Sequence record: OL744216.1
Reading direction: 5' to 3' (one strand)
Source of the DNA: Enterobacter phage vB_ExiM_F4M1E
Length of the DNA stretch: 64,000 bases
Shown: positions 26,399-34,630 of the stretch, piece after piece
Position numbering within the stretch: the first letter of the stretch is position 1
Layout of the letters: each line of letters starts with the position of its first letter
Notes under the pieces: generated by a model
What the model was told of the DNA's origin: nothing
The model's input: the letters and a program-made list of their open reading frames with translations, nothing else
The model's database searches: none
Translations under genes and position numbers: made by a program

Positions 26399-26593
26399 AT
26401 GATCACAGCTTCAGAGATCCGCCAAACGTTAGCCGCCTTGCGTTACCTCCACGCCTTACGCCGGGAAAGTGATCCGACTTATGCCGGGTCATGCCTGGCT
26501 AACGATGCCGAAAACGGGATCGCCACACTGAAAGAATTAAATGATCGCATGAGCGACAGCGACCGATCCGACTTTATCGGGGGCGAAATATGA
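26399..26593 (+). CDS. hypothetical protein (64 aa)
   Basis: ORF in array. Confidence 0.4.
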   Translation: MITASEIRQTLAALRYLHALRRESDPTYAGSCLANDAENGIATLKELNDRMSDSDRSDFIGGEI

Positions 26594-26898
26594 TCGCCAT
26601 TACGCCAACCGTTTTAGATTGGTATCGCCAGCAGATCGCGCCGCCGCTGGCTATCTTCAAACAGGCCGAAAGCAAACAGCGCCGGATCTCCATTCATGAG
26701 ATCATTACGCTTAACGCTGGGCAGAAAATGAATGTTTCCCGGTCCCATATGGGCAACACGTTAGCGCTTTTAAGTTTACGCCGCAAGCGTCAACGGTTAA
26801 CCCTGGAATCACTCCGCATGATGGGACAGCCGCACCAGGTCACCGGGGACAGGATCGCCAGGGCATGGAACCGGGCAAACAGTCGAAAGGCTGGATGA
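26590..26898 (+). CDS. hypothetical protein (102 aa)
   Basis: ATGA overlap. Confidence 0.45.
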   Translation: MIAITPTVLDWYRQQIAPPLAIFKQAESKQRRISIHEIITLNAGQKMNVSRSHMGNTLALLSLRRKRQRLTLESLRMMGQPHQVTGDRIARAWNRANSRKAG

Positions 26899-27307
26899 AT
26901 TAACAGTGTTCACAGGGGTTGACTTGTTCGCCCCTTTTTTGTTATCCTTTTGTCATGCGATGGCACCTGATGCAGGGGGAGACAAACACCGGACCTGCCC
27001 GCTATTCAGGGAGGCGGACCGGACCTGGGCCGCGCCGGGCAAATGAGAATGGTTATCATTCCCAACAAAATCAAATACATACTTTAAAACCGTTGTCAAA
27101 TTTATTTCTTACCCCTGTATAAATGTACATGCCCGCCAAACGCTCTAAAACGCGTTTTAAGCCGTTTTGCCCTTCCCCGGTATCCTACACCATAAAAATA
27201 TAGATCGCCCGAAATCGGACTTTCGCACTTTTTGTCCTTGCAAACGTGAAATTTTTATGTTAGGCCTGAAGGGCTGAAAGCCGGGTGTACGTTGACAAAA
27301 CTTTACA

Positions 27308-27336
27308 AAACTCCCTATTGACGCCCGGCCCGTTAT
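27308..27336 (+). promoter_or_regulatory. promoter P20 TTGACG-N17-GATAAT
   Basis: consensus; preceded by CTTTACAAAACT motif also found at 16.82 kb. Confidence 0.55.
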
Positions 27337-27398
27337 CCCTGATAATGTATCTCGTAGGGCGGCAATGATGCGACGGCCCACAAAGAGGGGACAGTAAA

Positions 27399-27638
27399 AT
27401 GAAAGAAATCATGACCTTGGTAAAATCCCGTATGTTACGTGGCGGATTCAACGCATACGCCGACGGCAATATCATTGCCACGGTCGCAAAAGTTACAAAA
27501 AATGATAATGATTCTCAGTTCGCCGGGCAGTATCGGATCTGTTTTACCCGTGGAAAGTTGCAAGGTAAAACGGCATACGCACCAGATTTTCAAGAGCTTA
27601 ATGATCGTATTTGCGCCGTTTTAGATTTTGCAAAATAA
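27399..27638 (+). CDS. hypothetical protein (79 aa)
   Basis: RBS AAGAGGGGA. Confidence 0.5.
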   Translation: MKEIMTLVKSRMLRGGFNAYADGNIIATVAKVTKNDNDSQFAGQYRICFTRGKLQGKTAYAPDFQELNDRICAVLDFAK

Positions 27639-27641
27639 ATG

Positions 27642-27670
27642 TTGACGCTGGGGCCGAAAGGCCCCATAAT
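27642..27670 (+). promoter_or_regulatory. promoter P21 TTGACG-N17-CATAAT (GGGGCC-GAAA-GGCCCC)
   Basis: consensus. Confidence 0.6.
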
Positions 27671-27715
27671 ACCCACTCAAGCAACAAACCACTAAAAACA
27701 CTGGAGACCGTAAAA

Positions 27716-28030
27716 ATGACCAAATCTAAATTTTTCGAAATGCTGGATCGCTACCTGTCAAGCCATAACGAGTGGGCCAAACTGGGCAACGGGTACGACT
27801 CATACAAGGCCGAACAGTTAAAACCTTATGTTTTCCATGAGGACCCGGCGAACCTGGAGAAGTGGAAAGCGAAAGATCCGTCCTATCCTTGGACCGCTCA
27901 CGCTTCAGGCTTTACCCTGGCTGATTGTTGGCATGTTGAGGTAATGCAACATAAAACCGCTGAAGCCGCCGAAAAACAGCACGTAATTTTCACCCGCTGG
28001 ATCGCAGACTATCAAAAGGCCCGCGCTTAA
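27716..28030 (+). CDS. hypothetical protein (104 aa)
   Basis: ATG 27716 with RBS GGAGAC. Confidence 0.5.
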   Translation: MTKSKFFEMLDRYLSSHNEWAKLGNGYDSYKAEQLKPYVFHEDPANLEKWKAKDPSYPWTAHASGFTLADCWHVEVMQHKTAEAAEKQHVIFTRWIADYQKARA

Positions 28031-28275
28031 TGTCCCGGCTTTTTAAAATCAATCTTCCATTGTGGGCCGCTTTAGCGGTCCTCATTGCCTTTTCTGGCGA
28101 TACGGTCAACAATTGGATTTTGTCCGCTGTACTTGGACCCGATCAAATGGTCACAACATTTTTAAACGCTTTCGGCGCTACACTGGCAACGGCCCGCCTT
28201 GCCTATCGTGGCAAATCAATAAACCGTTATGATCTGGCGCTATCACTGCCCGCCCTGGTTACCTGCCTAAACTGA
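28030..28275 (+). CDS. membrane protein (81 aa)
   Basis: two TM helices; TAATG overlap. Confidence 0.45.
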   Translation: MSRLFKINLPLWAALAVLIAFSGDTVNNWILSAVLGPDQMVTTFLNAFGATLATARLAYRGKSINRYDLALSLPALVTCLN

Positions 28276-28278
28276 AGA

Positions 28279-28310
28279 GGCCCGCCACCCCGGCGGGCTT
28301 TTCTTTTGTC
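28279..28310 (+). terminator. intrinsic terminator (GCCCGCC-ACC-CCGGCGGGCTTTTCTTTTG)
   Basis: GC stem plus T-run; ends the rightward block. Confidence 0.7.
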
Positions 28311-28599
28311 CCAAACGTGGCAAGCCTGGAGGCCCGGCCCGGTATCGGTCCGACTCCCCCAGTCAATCCCCTTATCACTTCCATTTGTGGAAATCAACAC
28401 TTAATTTTATTCACTTTAAAGCGCATAATTGAATAAACGAGGAGCTAACCCACTAACCAGGGTTGAGAGTAGCGGCCCGCATAGGGCCTTACAGCGCGTT
28501 TTAGCCCCTATTGACTTCTATCTGCAAACGTGTATCAAGCCGGATCGGTGAATCATCCATTTTCTTTACATAACTTGACACTATTTATTCATTTATCTG

Positions 28600-29225
28600 C
28601 ATAATGCTAGAATGATTCTCATTTACTATCAATAACTTAACTTTTTATTGACTTCTGACAAAACACGGTTTTACGTTCCCACGGATCAAGGGAGGGCGCG
28701 CCGTAGGCGCGACCAATAGAAAACAGGTAACGGATCACCCCCTTTGCTAACTCGCAAAGGATTGTGCTCACGTTCCCACGGTCAAGGGATGACCGCTATC
28801 ACCTGTTTTCTATTGGTCATTACGTAGTAATAAAACCGCTATTGTCAAGGGCTTTTTAGTGCCTACAGGCACAAATACGAATTATTCTCATCTGCATAAA
28901 GATTGGTTTTATCTGCATAAGTACGTAAACAGGCGGACCCGTACAGCGTAGCGGGGGCCGCATAGGCCCTACCGGGCAAGGGCCTTTATTGCTCACAAAA
29001 CAGCCGAAAGCGTAGTATTTGCCTGGCAAAATTCGCTCTTCGTGTCAAGCGAAAAATAATTTTTTTTTCTTTTTGCGTAAACGATAATGATTCTCATCCG
29101 AGAACCATTCTCAAAGGGCTAATGCGAATCATTCTCATTATCATGCCACAAGGTGAGTGAGACTCATTCTCATCCAGGCCAGTGCTGGCGGGCCTCTCCA
29201 CGTGTTGGGAATGATTATCATTCAC
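28600..29225. promoter_or_regulatory. cluster of at least 7 AATCATTCTCAT / ATGAGAATGATT (Fur-box-like) sites, including palindrome GAATGATTATCATTC (approx 29209-29223)
   Basis: approx sites 28609, 28879, 29083, 29100, 29126, 29159, 29208; resembles Fur consensus GATAATGATAATCATTATC. Confidence 0.45.
28700..28820. repeat. 16-bp perfect inverted repeat CCAATAGAAAACAGGT / ACCTGTTTTCTATTGG enclosing an internal hairpin (CCTTTGC-TAACTC-GCAAAGG)
   Basis: read directly from sequence; flanked by duplicated CGTTCCCACGG(A/T)TCAAGGGA. Confidence 0.55.
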
Positions 29226-29809
29226 GTCAGTGCGTATAAGGTGTATTATGTTAAATGGGGAAATGTTGGGGGAGGCACACCACGGCCCGGCTGTCAATAA
29301 GAGAAGTGTAAAGATGGGCAAGATGGTAGACATTTTGTGACTTTGATCGCGTAAAGTTAGGGGCTACCGATCTGGATTCAAGATTGAGAGGGAGAGGCTA
29401 AGTGATTGATTATTAAGGATATTTGGGAAAAATAACAGGTGCCCCTCCCCACCCCTGTTCGCCATGCCTGGCAGCTATATCCACACACTGAGATATTTTT
29501 CTGGTTTCTGGGCAAGAAGGGCCACCCCTGATCGCGTTCTAAAAATTTTGGCGGGAGGGTATTTTGACATAAAAAGAGGGCACAGCGCCTTACAGGTGAG
29601 CCTCTTCAGGCGTCCCTTGATATTTGGGCAATGTGGGAATACAGACGGGTACGTCTCTGTGGGAACAGGTATACCCGGCGGGAGAGGGCCTCCCGGACGG
29701 GGTATGGCGCTCGCAGAGTTATCAACAGGTCTGCCTCTTTAGGCAGTGGGTACAAGACAGGTTAGGCTCTTCAGGTCTACCAGTGTGGGAAACAAAATTG
29801 TGGAGGGAG

Positions 29810-29838
29810 ATACAAAAATACCGCCCGAAGGCGGTTTA
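29810..29838 (-). terminator. intrinsic terminator for leftward block (CCGCC-TTCG-GGCGG then T-run on minus strand)
   Basis: hairpin AAAATACCGCCCGAAGGCGGTTTAT read on the reverse strand. Confidence 0.55.
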
Positions 29839-30273
29839 TGGTTGGTATGGATCGTGGTAGTAATCCAGGTGGGACAGAGAGTTTCTGAGCACGGTCATAT
29901 GGATACCTGTCCATTCCGACTGTGTGGTGGGGTAATTGGCAACCCAATCCTGAAGACGTGCTTTCAGGACCGGATACTCAACACCGACCTTACCGTGTTT
30001 GGTTCGACACATCACAATACTGTGGCACAGTTGTCGATAGGCGGTCTCCCGCTCCAACCTGGCGACATACTCCTCGTTGCCTCTCTTCATACGGGCAATC
30101 TCCGCATTGAGTTTACGGCGCTCCCGGAGGTCAGCGCTCCACAGGTGAGCCACGGTAGGCGCAGTTTGGATGTAAGTGATGTGCCTCTTTGGCGTGGGTC
30201 CGTACATAGGTGTTCCTCTTTGGTATGTTTTGGAATATGTGGGGAGTATACGGGAGTTTTGGGAAGAGGTCAA
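29836..30273 (-). CDS. hypothetical protein (145 aa)
   Basis: last gene of leftward block. Confidence 0.45.
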   Translation of the reverse strand: MTSSQNSRILPTYSKTYQRGTPMYGPTPKRHITYIQTAPTVAHLWSADLRERRKLNAEIARMKRGNEEYVARLERETAYRQLCHSIVMCRTKHGKVGVEYPVLKARLQDWVANYPTTQSEWTGIHMTVLRNSLSHLDYYHDPYQP

Positions 30274-30289
30274 GGGCCTTTCGGCCCTT

Positions 30290-30625
30290 TTATACGATTT
30301 CGAAGGATTTTCGGAACAGGTTCATGTGGTCATTGAGGAATACCCATGTGGCACTGTCTCCCTGCTCATAATCGTCGTTGTACACAACCACGACATCATA
30401 TGGTGGGAATTTCTCAGCGTATGTGGTGGTCCGGAACCTGTAGACCTGCCCAACCTGGAATCCATGCCCGTTGTGCTCAAGGCACCGGGCAACCCCGAAC
30501 TCCGGCACCGGGAAGTAGAGTTGCCTCCACTCGGGCCTCCTGGGCCGGGCCTTCAGGTTCCACCGGGTAGCAAGTTTGCACGGGATTCGACTCATAGGTA
30601 GTCCTCTAAAATTTGGAGATACCAT
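30290..30625 (-). CDS. hypothetical protein (111 aa; alt start 30595)
   Basis: ORF in array. Confidence 0.45.
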   Translation of the reverse strand: MVSPNFRGLPMSRIPCKLATRWNLKARPRRPEWRQLYFPVPEFGVARCLEHNGHGFQVGQVYRFRTTTYAEKFPPYDVVVVYNDDYEQGDSATWVFLNDHMNLFRKSFEIV

Positions 30626-30849
30626 CCAGACAGGTCCGGGCGTAACGGGTTTATTGGGCCATCATCGTGGATAAGGTAGATGACACCATCTGTGCCCTCG
30701 AAGATACGTAGGCCACAGTCTACCGCCAGATAGCGGATCTCCTTTTGGGTGTACCCATATTGTGGATAGAGCACACCAGTTTTTGGGCAGACCTCCTTAC
30801 TCATTGGATTCGGCCCCCGCCTGATAAGCGTCCCACAAATCCTCGACAT
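30592..30849 (-). CDS. hypothetical protein (85 aa; alt start 30806)
   Basis: ORF in array. Confidence 0.4.
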   Translation of the reverse strand: MSRICGTLIRRGPNPMSKEVCPKTGVLYPQYGYTQKEIRYLAVDCGLRIFEGTDGVIYLIHDDGPINPLRPDLSGWYLQILEDYL

Positions 30850-31036
30850 ACTGCTTGTCCGGGTGGTCAGACGGCTCGTACCCGGTAAGGTCCTCGAAGA
30901 AGTCGTTGAACTTGTCTCGCAGGGTCCGGGGCGACCAATCAGGAACCCCGGTATAGTCTAAATCATAAGACATAAAAACTCCTATAGGTTTCGGAAACCG
31001 TTGATGACGTGATCTCCCAATGCCCCGCCAACCCAC
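30797..31036 (-). CDS. hypothetical protein (79 aa)
   Basis: ORF in array. Confidence 0.4.
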   Translation of the reverse strand: MGWRGIGRSRHQRFPKPIGVFMSYDLDYTGVPDWSPRTLRDKFNDFFEDLTGYEPSDHPDKQYVEDLWDAYQAGAESNE

Positions 31037-31302
31037 AGTCGATAGAGGTTGTGCTCTCGACGCAGGACCTTTCCGTACACCGACATTCCCGGTTTGAACT
31101 CGTCGTACTTGTAGCCGTCCTCATCCTGATACCAGACACGGATAGTCAGACCCTTTTCCCAGCAGCGGTCCAAGAGGGCCATCTGGTAGGTATGAACATC
31201 ATTGAGGCCCTCCTTGAAGATGAGGTAATCGGTATACGAAAACGACGAATGCACGTTGAACCGGGTCGGCGCATCCGACGGATGAAAGTTTACAATATTC
31301 AC
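30982..31302 (-). CDS. hypothetical protein (106 aa)
   Basis: ORF in array. Confidence 0.45.
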   Translation of the reverse strand: MNIVNFHPSDAPTRFNVHSSFSYTDYLIFKEGLNDVHTYQMALLDRCWEKGLTIRVWYQDEDGYKYDEFKPGMSVYGKVLRREHNLYRLWVGGALGDHVINGFRNL

Positions 31303-31338
31303 AGGAACTCCTTAGTTATCAACAGGTTCGCCACATTT

Positions 31339-31530
31339 CTACAACACCGACGGGGGTGTGTAGTCGCATTCCAGCAAGGCCAAAAGCTGGTTCAGCTTCA
31401 GGTGCCCAGTGATTACGTGTTTCTCTTCCGACAAATCTTCTTTTGAAGTCAGGAAGACAACGGTGATCGGCAGCGAACGCTCACAGGACTGATAGAAGTG
31501 AGTCAGCACTTTGTCATTTCTCATCAGCAA
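31339..31530 (-). CDS. hypothetical protein (63 aa)
   Basis: ORF in array. Confidence 0.35.
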   Translation of the reverse strand: MLMRNDKVLTHFYQSCERSLPITVVFLTSKEDLSEEKHVITGHLKLNQLLALLECDYTPPSVL

Positions 31531-31730
31531 TCCCCCAGACGACGCATGAAGCTGGCTACATCATCTTCGTCCGCCGGGCGGACCGTGCAGGTCACCGGAA
31601 GGCTGCGGTTCCAGAAGCGAGCCGCCAGTGCCGCCGTGCGGTGGTTAAATGACAGCAACATAACGTCGCCATTACTGTCAACAACCACGTGGGGTAAGTT
31701 GAAAGTTTCTTCGCTTGGTGTGTAACTCAT
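31524..31730 (-). CDS. hypothetical protein (68 aa)
   Basis: ORF in array. Confidence 0.4.
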   Translation of the reverse strand: MSYTPSEETFNLPHVVVDSNGDVMLLSFNHRTAALAARFWNRSLPVTCTVRPADEDDVASFMRRLGDC

Positions 31731-31939
31731 TGTTTATCCTCCAATTCCGCCAATCGGGCGGTGTCTCGTGCGATACGTTCTTTGAGCAGGGCAATCTCCC
31801 GATCGCGGTGCTCCTCGTCTGTTGCCAGAGGGTACTCCACAACCAGTCCGGTAGACAGGATCTTCAGTTCGGTACGGTGCCCGTTAGCGTAGTGAATGAT
31901 GCGGGTCCCAGCCTTGTACATCTTCTCTAAATCCTTCAT
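31727..31939 (-). CDS. hypothetical protein (70 aa; start at MKDLEK)
   Basis: GGAGGG RBS 3 nt before internal ATG; coiled-coil C-terminus. Confidence 0.45.
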   Translation of the reverse strand: MKDLEKMYKAGTRIIHYANGHRTELKILSTGLVVEYPLATDEEHRDREIALLKERIARDTARLAELEDKQ

Positions 31940-32073
31940 AGACCCTCCACAATGGTGCAGTACCCGGCGAAGATGAAGATCGACGCCAGCAGTGCCCAAG
32001 ACAGCCATGCGTACCACGCAGGCCACAGCAGGTAGTCGCAGTTTTCCCATGCGGCGTTAGGGTTGTCTTTCAT
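31936..32073 (-). CDS. small membrane protein (45 aa)
   Basis: RBS GGAGAGAGGAA; Trp-rich TM helix; ATGA overlaps both neighbours. Confidence 0.35.
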   Translation of the reverse strand: MKDNPNAAWENCDYLLWPAWYAWLSWALLASIFIFAGYCTIVEGL

Positions 32074-32255
32074 TCTTGTATTCCTCTCTCCTCCGCTTCC
32101 CGCAGAAGCTCTGCCAGTACGCTTTCCGGACCACCGTCTGACCCCTTACGCTGCCAAGTAACGCTCACCTTAGTAAGCTGGATGTACAGGCAAAGTTGTT
32201 CGTCAGACAGGGCCTTGATCCTTCCCTTCAGTAGTTCCAGTTCTTCGTTTGTCAT
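32070..32255 (-). CDS. hypothetical protein (61 aa)
   Basis: ORF after internal promoter. Confidence 0.4.
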   Translation of the reverse strand: MTNEELELLKGRIKALSDEQLCLYIQLTKVSVTWQRKGSDGGPESVLAELLREAEERGIQE

Positions 32256-32274
32256 AGTTGCTCCCCTCTTCAGT

Positions 32275-32310
32275 CAATATGCTCAATATACACCCATATG
32301 TTTATGCTGT
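32275..32310 (-). promoter_or_regulatory. possible internal promoter (TTTACA-N17-TATATT on minus strand)
   Basis: read on reverse strand in 120-nt gap upstream of gene 32070-32255. Confidence 0.3.
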
Positions 32311-32359
32311 AAACATGTTTTGAGGTATTTGTCGAAAAAAGTGCATTTCTTAAACATAA

Positions 32360-32390
32360 AAACCGCCCGAAGGCGGCTTATTTGCGGAAG
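32360..32390 (-). terminator. intrinsic terminator (GCCGCC-TTCG-GGCGGTTTTTAT on minus strand)
   Basis: abuts stop codon of gene 32378-32590. Confidence 0.55.
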
Positions 32391-32590
32391 ATTTCCACCT
32401 TTGTCGGGATGTAGTGGCCCGGCGGGTTCAGCGGGTGTCGGTAGCAGTCGAAGTCCTCCGGGTTGTCGTTCGACTTCAGGATCGCTTCACGAACAAACGG
32501 CAGGCTGCTGAACATGCCCCAGTCCACGTCAGTCTGCCCCATCTCTTCTCGCATACTGACGTGGAACAACTGGTAAACGTATGCTTTCAT
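32378..32590 (-). CDS. hypothetical protein (70 aa; start at MKAYVYQ)
   Basis: GGGGAGTG RBS before internal ATG. Confidence 0.45.
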   Translation of the reverse strand: MKAYVYQLFHVSMREEMGQTDVDWGMFSSLPFVREAILKSNDNPEDFDCYRHPLNPPGHYIPTKVEIFRK

Positions 32591-32591
32591 A

Positions 32592-33062
32592 TCACTCCCC
32601 GTATTTCGCTTTGAGGCGGGCCAACTGGGCGCGTTCCTCGATCTCCCGACGTTCAGCCGCCTGCTGCTCTGCCTTCTCTGCACGAAGGCGCTGTGCCTCC
32701 CGATGGTCTACCAAACGAGCGTCGTACTTGCGCTTGGCGATGATCTCAGCATCCTCCAGCATCAACTGACGTTCGGCAGAATATTTCTCGTAGTCTTCGT
32801 CAGAGATTTCATCCACCGCATAAGAAGACCCGAAGTAGCCGTTAATGCCCAGAGTTATGTCCGCCCCGGCGGTAAACTCGTAGTCCTTGTTCAGGCTACG
32901 ATCCTGGGCCACAGTGTCCAGATAGATGGCATGGGCCAGTAACTCAATTGCCTGTTCCCGAGACTGAGTTGACTGAAGAGTCATGTCACTGTCAGTGCGG
33001 CCTTCACAGTAGCCGCCACGGTAGACGGCATCGTTTTCACGGTAAGAAATAATTGTGTACAT
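32592..33062 (-). CDS. hypothetical protein with Glu/Arg-rich coiled-coil C-terminus (156 aa)
   Basis: GGAGGT RBS before ATG 33062. Confidence 0.5.
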   Translation of the reverse strand: MYTIISYRENDAVYRGGYCEGRTDSDMTLQSTQSREQAIELLAHAIYLDTVAQDRSLNKDYEFTAGADITLGINGYFGSSYAVDEISDEDYEKYSAERQLMLEDAEIIAKRKYDARLVDHREAQRLRAEKAEQQAAERREIEERAQLARLKAKYGE

Positions 33063-33063
33063 A

Positions 33064-33339
33064 TTAACCTCCGCAGTATTTGTTAACTGGTTCACCGTTG
33101 ATGTCCAAATCGGTGATTACGTGTTGAGGGCCAGTATAGTCCTCTGCCAGTTTCTTTGCAACCCTTTTCGCCTCTTCCAAGGTTTCAAAATCCTTGATGT
33201 CTGGGTCGCCATGGGCATAATTCTGTTGAACGTACTGCCAGAAAGGCCACCAGAATCCACGATTATACTTCACCCGGAAATACTCAACCACCCGCCCGTT
33301 GGCGAAGGTCTTCACGTTCTTCTCGATCAGGATCTTCAT
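33064..33339 (-). CDS. hypothetical protein (91 aa; start at MKILIEK)
   Basis: GGGAGAC RBS before internal ATG. Confidence 0.45.
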   Translation of the reverse strand: MKILIEKNVKTFANGRVVEYFRVKYNRGFWWPFWQYVQQNYAHGDPDIKDFETLEEAKRVAKKLAEDYTGPQHVITDLDINGEPVNKYCGG

Positions 33340-33474
33340 TTCTGTCTCCCACGTGTAAATATTTTGAAGTTTTGTGCAGAAAAGTCCCGGAATTTTGACT
33401 TTTACGTGCAAAAACGGCACATTTTTACCCGATTTGTGCAGAGTACATGAAAATAGGGTTGAAATCAACCCTTT

Positions 33475-33690
33475 TCACAGTTTTATGCCTGTCTTGGCCT
33501 GCCAAGAGACCTGGAGGTTGATCTGCTCGATTACGTACTCCAATTGTTCCGGAAATAGCATCGAGAAGAAATCCCTCTCCTCTGGGTCGTCGAGGAAGTC
33601 CGGCTCCATGTCTTCGATGTACTGAACCACCTCTTCCATCGCCAAAAAGGCCACTTTGAAACCTTTGTATTGCAATTCTACCAGCTTCAT
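33475..33690 (-). CDS. hypothetical acidic protein (71 aa)
   Basis: ORF in array. Confidence 0.4.
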   Translation of the reverse strand: MKLVELQYKGFKVAFLAMEEVVQYIEDMEPDFLDDPEERDFFSMLFPEQLEYVIEQINLQVSWQAKTGIKL

Positions 33691-33974
33691 ACCGCCACAA
33701 ACCCATCTTCGTTCATAAGCACGTGATTCGGTGCCCAGAAGTTGTGCCGGGACTCAAGCCACAGGTAGAACCGCCGCTTACTTGACAGCGGATGCGGATC
33801 TGTCTCGTAGGAAACGAGGGCCGTTCGGCCCTTATTCTTCCCACGCAGAATACGCACACGCTGATCCTTTTTCCACTGGCACGGCACCCGTGGAGAGTCG
33901 TAGCATTTAGGCAGACATTCCATGATATGGCCCCTTTCCGCAGAACTTTTCCCAGAGTGCAGAGTCAACACCAT
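33687..33974 (-). CDS. hypothetical protein (95 aa)
   Basis: ORF in array. Confidence 0.4.
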   Translation of the reverse strand: MVLTLHSGKSSAERGHIMECLPKCYDSPRVPCQWKKDQRVRILRGKNKGRTALVSYETDPHPLSSKRRFYLWLESRHNFWAPNHVLMNEDGFVAV

Positions 33975-34419
33975 GCAGGCCCGGCAGCAGTTCCGTGATT
34001 TGTGATGTAATGCCGGGGTACAGAAACTCCAGCATCTCCAGTTCTTCGTTCTGAATGTCTCGGCAATCCATGAAGAACTCTGTCATCTTTATCGGCGGTT
34101 GCCACACCTTCCCGATCCTGCGTTTCAGGAATACATCACCACCCGGCATAGCCATCCATGTGATTCTGTCCAGCTTCCCCGTTGTGGAAATACTGAAGTG
34201 TGTTGGGACCGATGTGACTGTGCCACCCAAGTACGGACCAACATCGAAGCGGAACTTAATGGCAGGTTTGCCGACGTTCTGCACGACACGGTTATCCTTG
34301 CGGTAGCCTCCATTGCCTGTAAAGATCAGATTCCCGACGTATTTACGCCGGGTGAGGTCTCTCCATGTCCACTCCTTAAACAGCTTGTGCAGAGTGGTTT
34401 TAGTCATCCGTGGAATCAT
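33907..34419 (-). CDS. hypothetical protein (170 aa; start at MIPRMTK)
   Basis: GGAGGAAA RBS before internal ATG. Confidence 0.45.
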   Translation of the reverse strand: MIPRMTKTTLHKLFKEWTWRDLTRRKYVGNLIFTGNGGYRKDNRVVQNVGKPAIKFRFDVGPYLGGTVTSVPTHFSISTTGKLDRITWMAMPGGDVFLKRRIGKVWQPPIKMTEFFMDCRDIQNEELEMLEFLYPGITSQITELLPGLHGVDSALWEKFCGKGPYHGMSA

Positions 34420-34630
34420 CACTTTCCTCCGGCAGGATCTCAAATTTTGCCACACCCAGCACCACCACGTGACCCAGCGACAGGACCCCGGTCCACGGAG
34501 ATCCGTCACGCTTAGGGCGGGTCCCTTCAACGTCGCAGAAGCCGTTTTTAAGCTCGGTTGAAGTGAAAACCTGCCCCTTTGGAAACACTTTGTTGAAGTC
34601 CGTGATCACGTTCGTACATTTCAGCTTCAC
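34400..34630 (-). CDS. hypothetical protein (76 aa, GTG start inside upstream gene)
   Basis: 82-nt overlap with 34548-34880; uncertain. Confidence 0.25.
   Translation of the reverse strand: MKLKCTNVITDFNKVFPKGQVFTSTELKNGFCDVEGTRPKRDGSPWTGVLSLGHVVVLGVAKFEILPEESDDSTDD

Noticed and set aside
29094-29333. ORF 29094-29333(-) 79 aa
   Set aside because: It sits on top of the densest Fur-like motif cluster, with no RBS and no neighbouring co-directional genes.
28300-29400. tRNA or tmRNA genes in the structured non-coding region
   Set aside because: I could not fold any segment into a cloverleaf with a T-loop GTTCRANYC consensus. The hairpins are explained by the inverted repeats.
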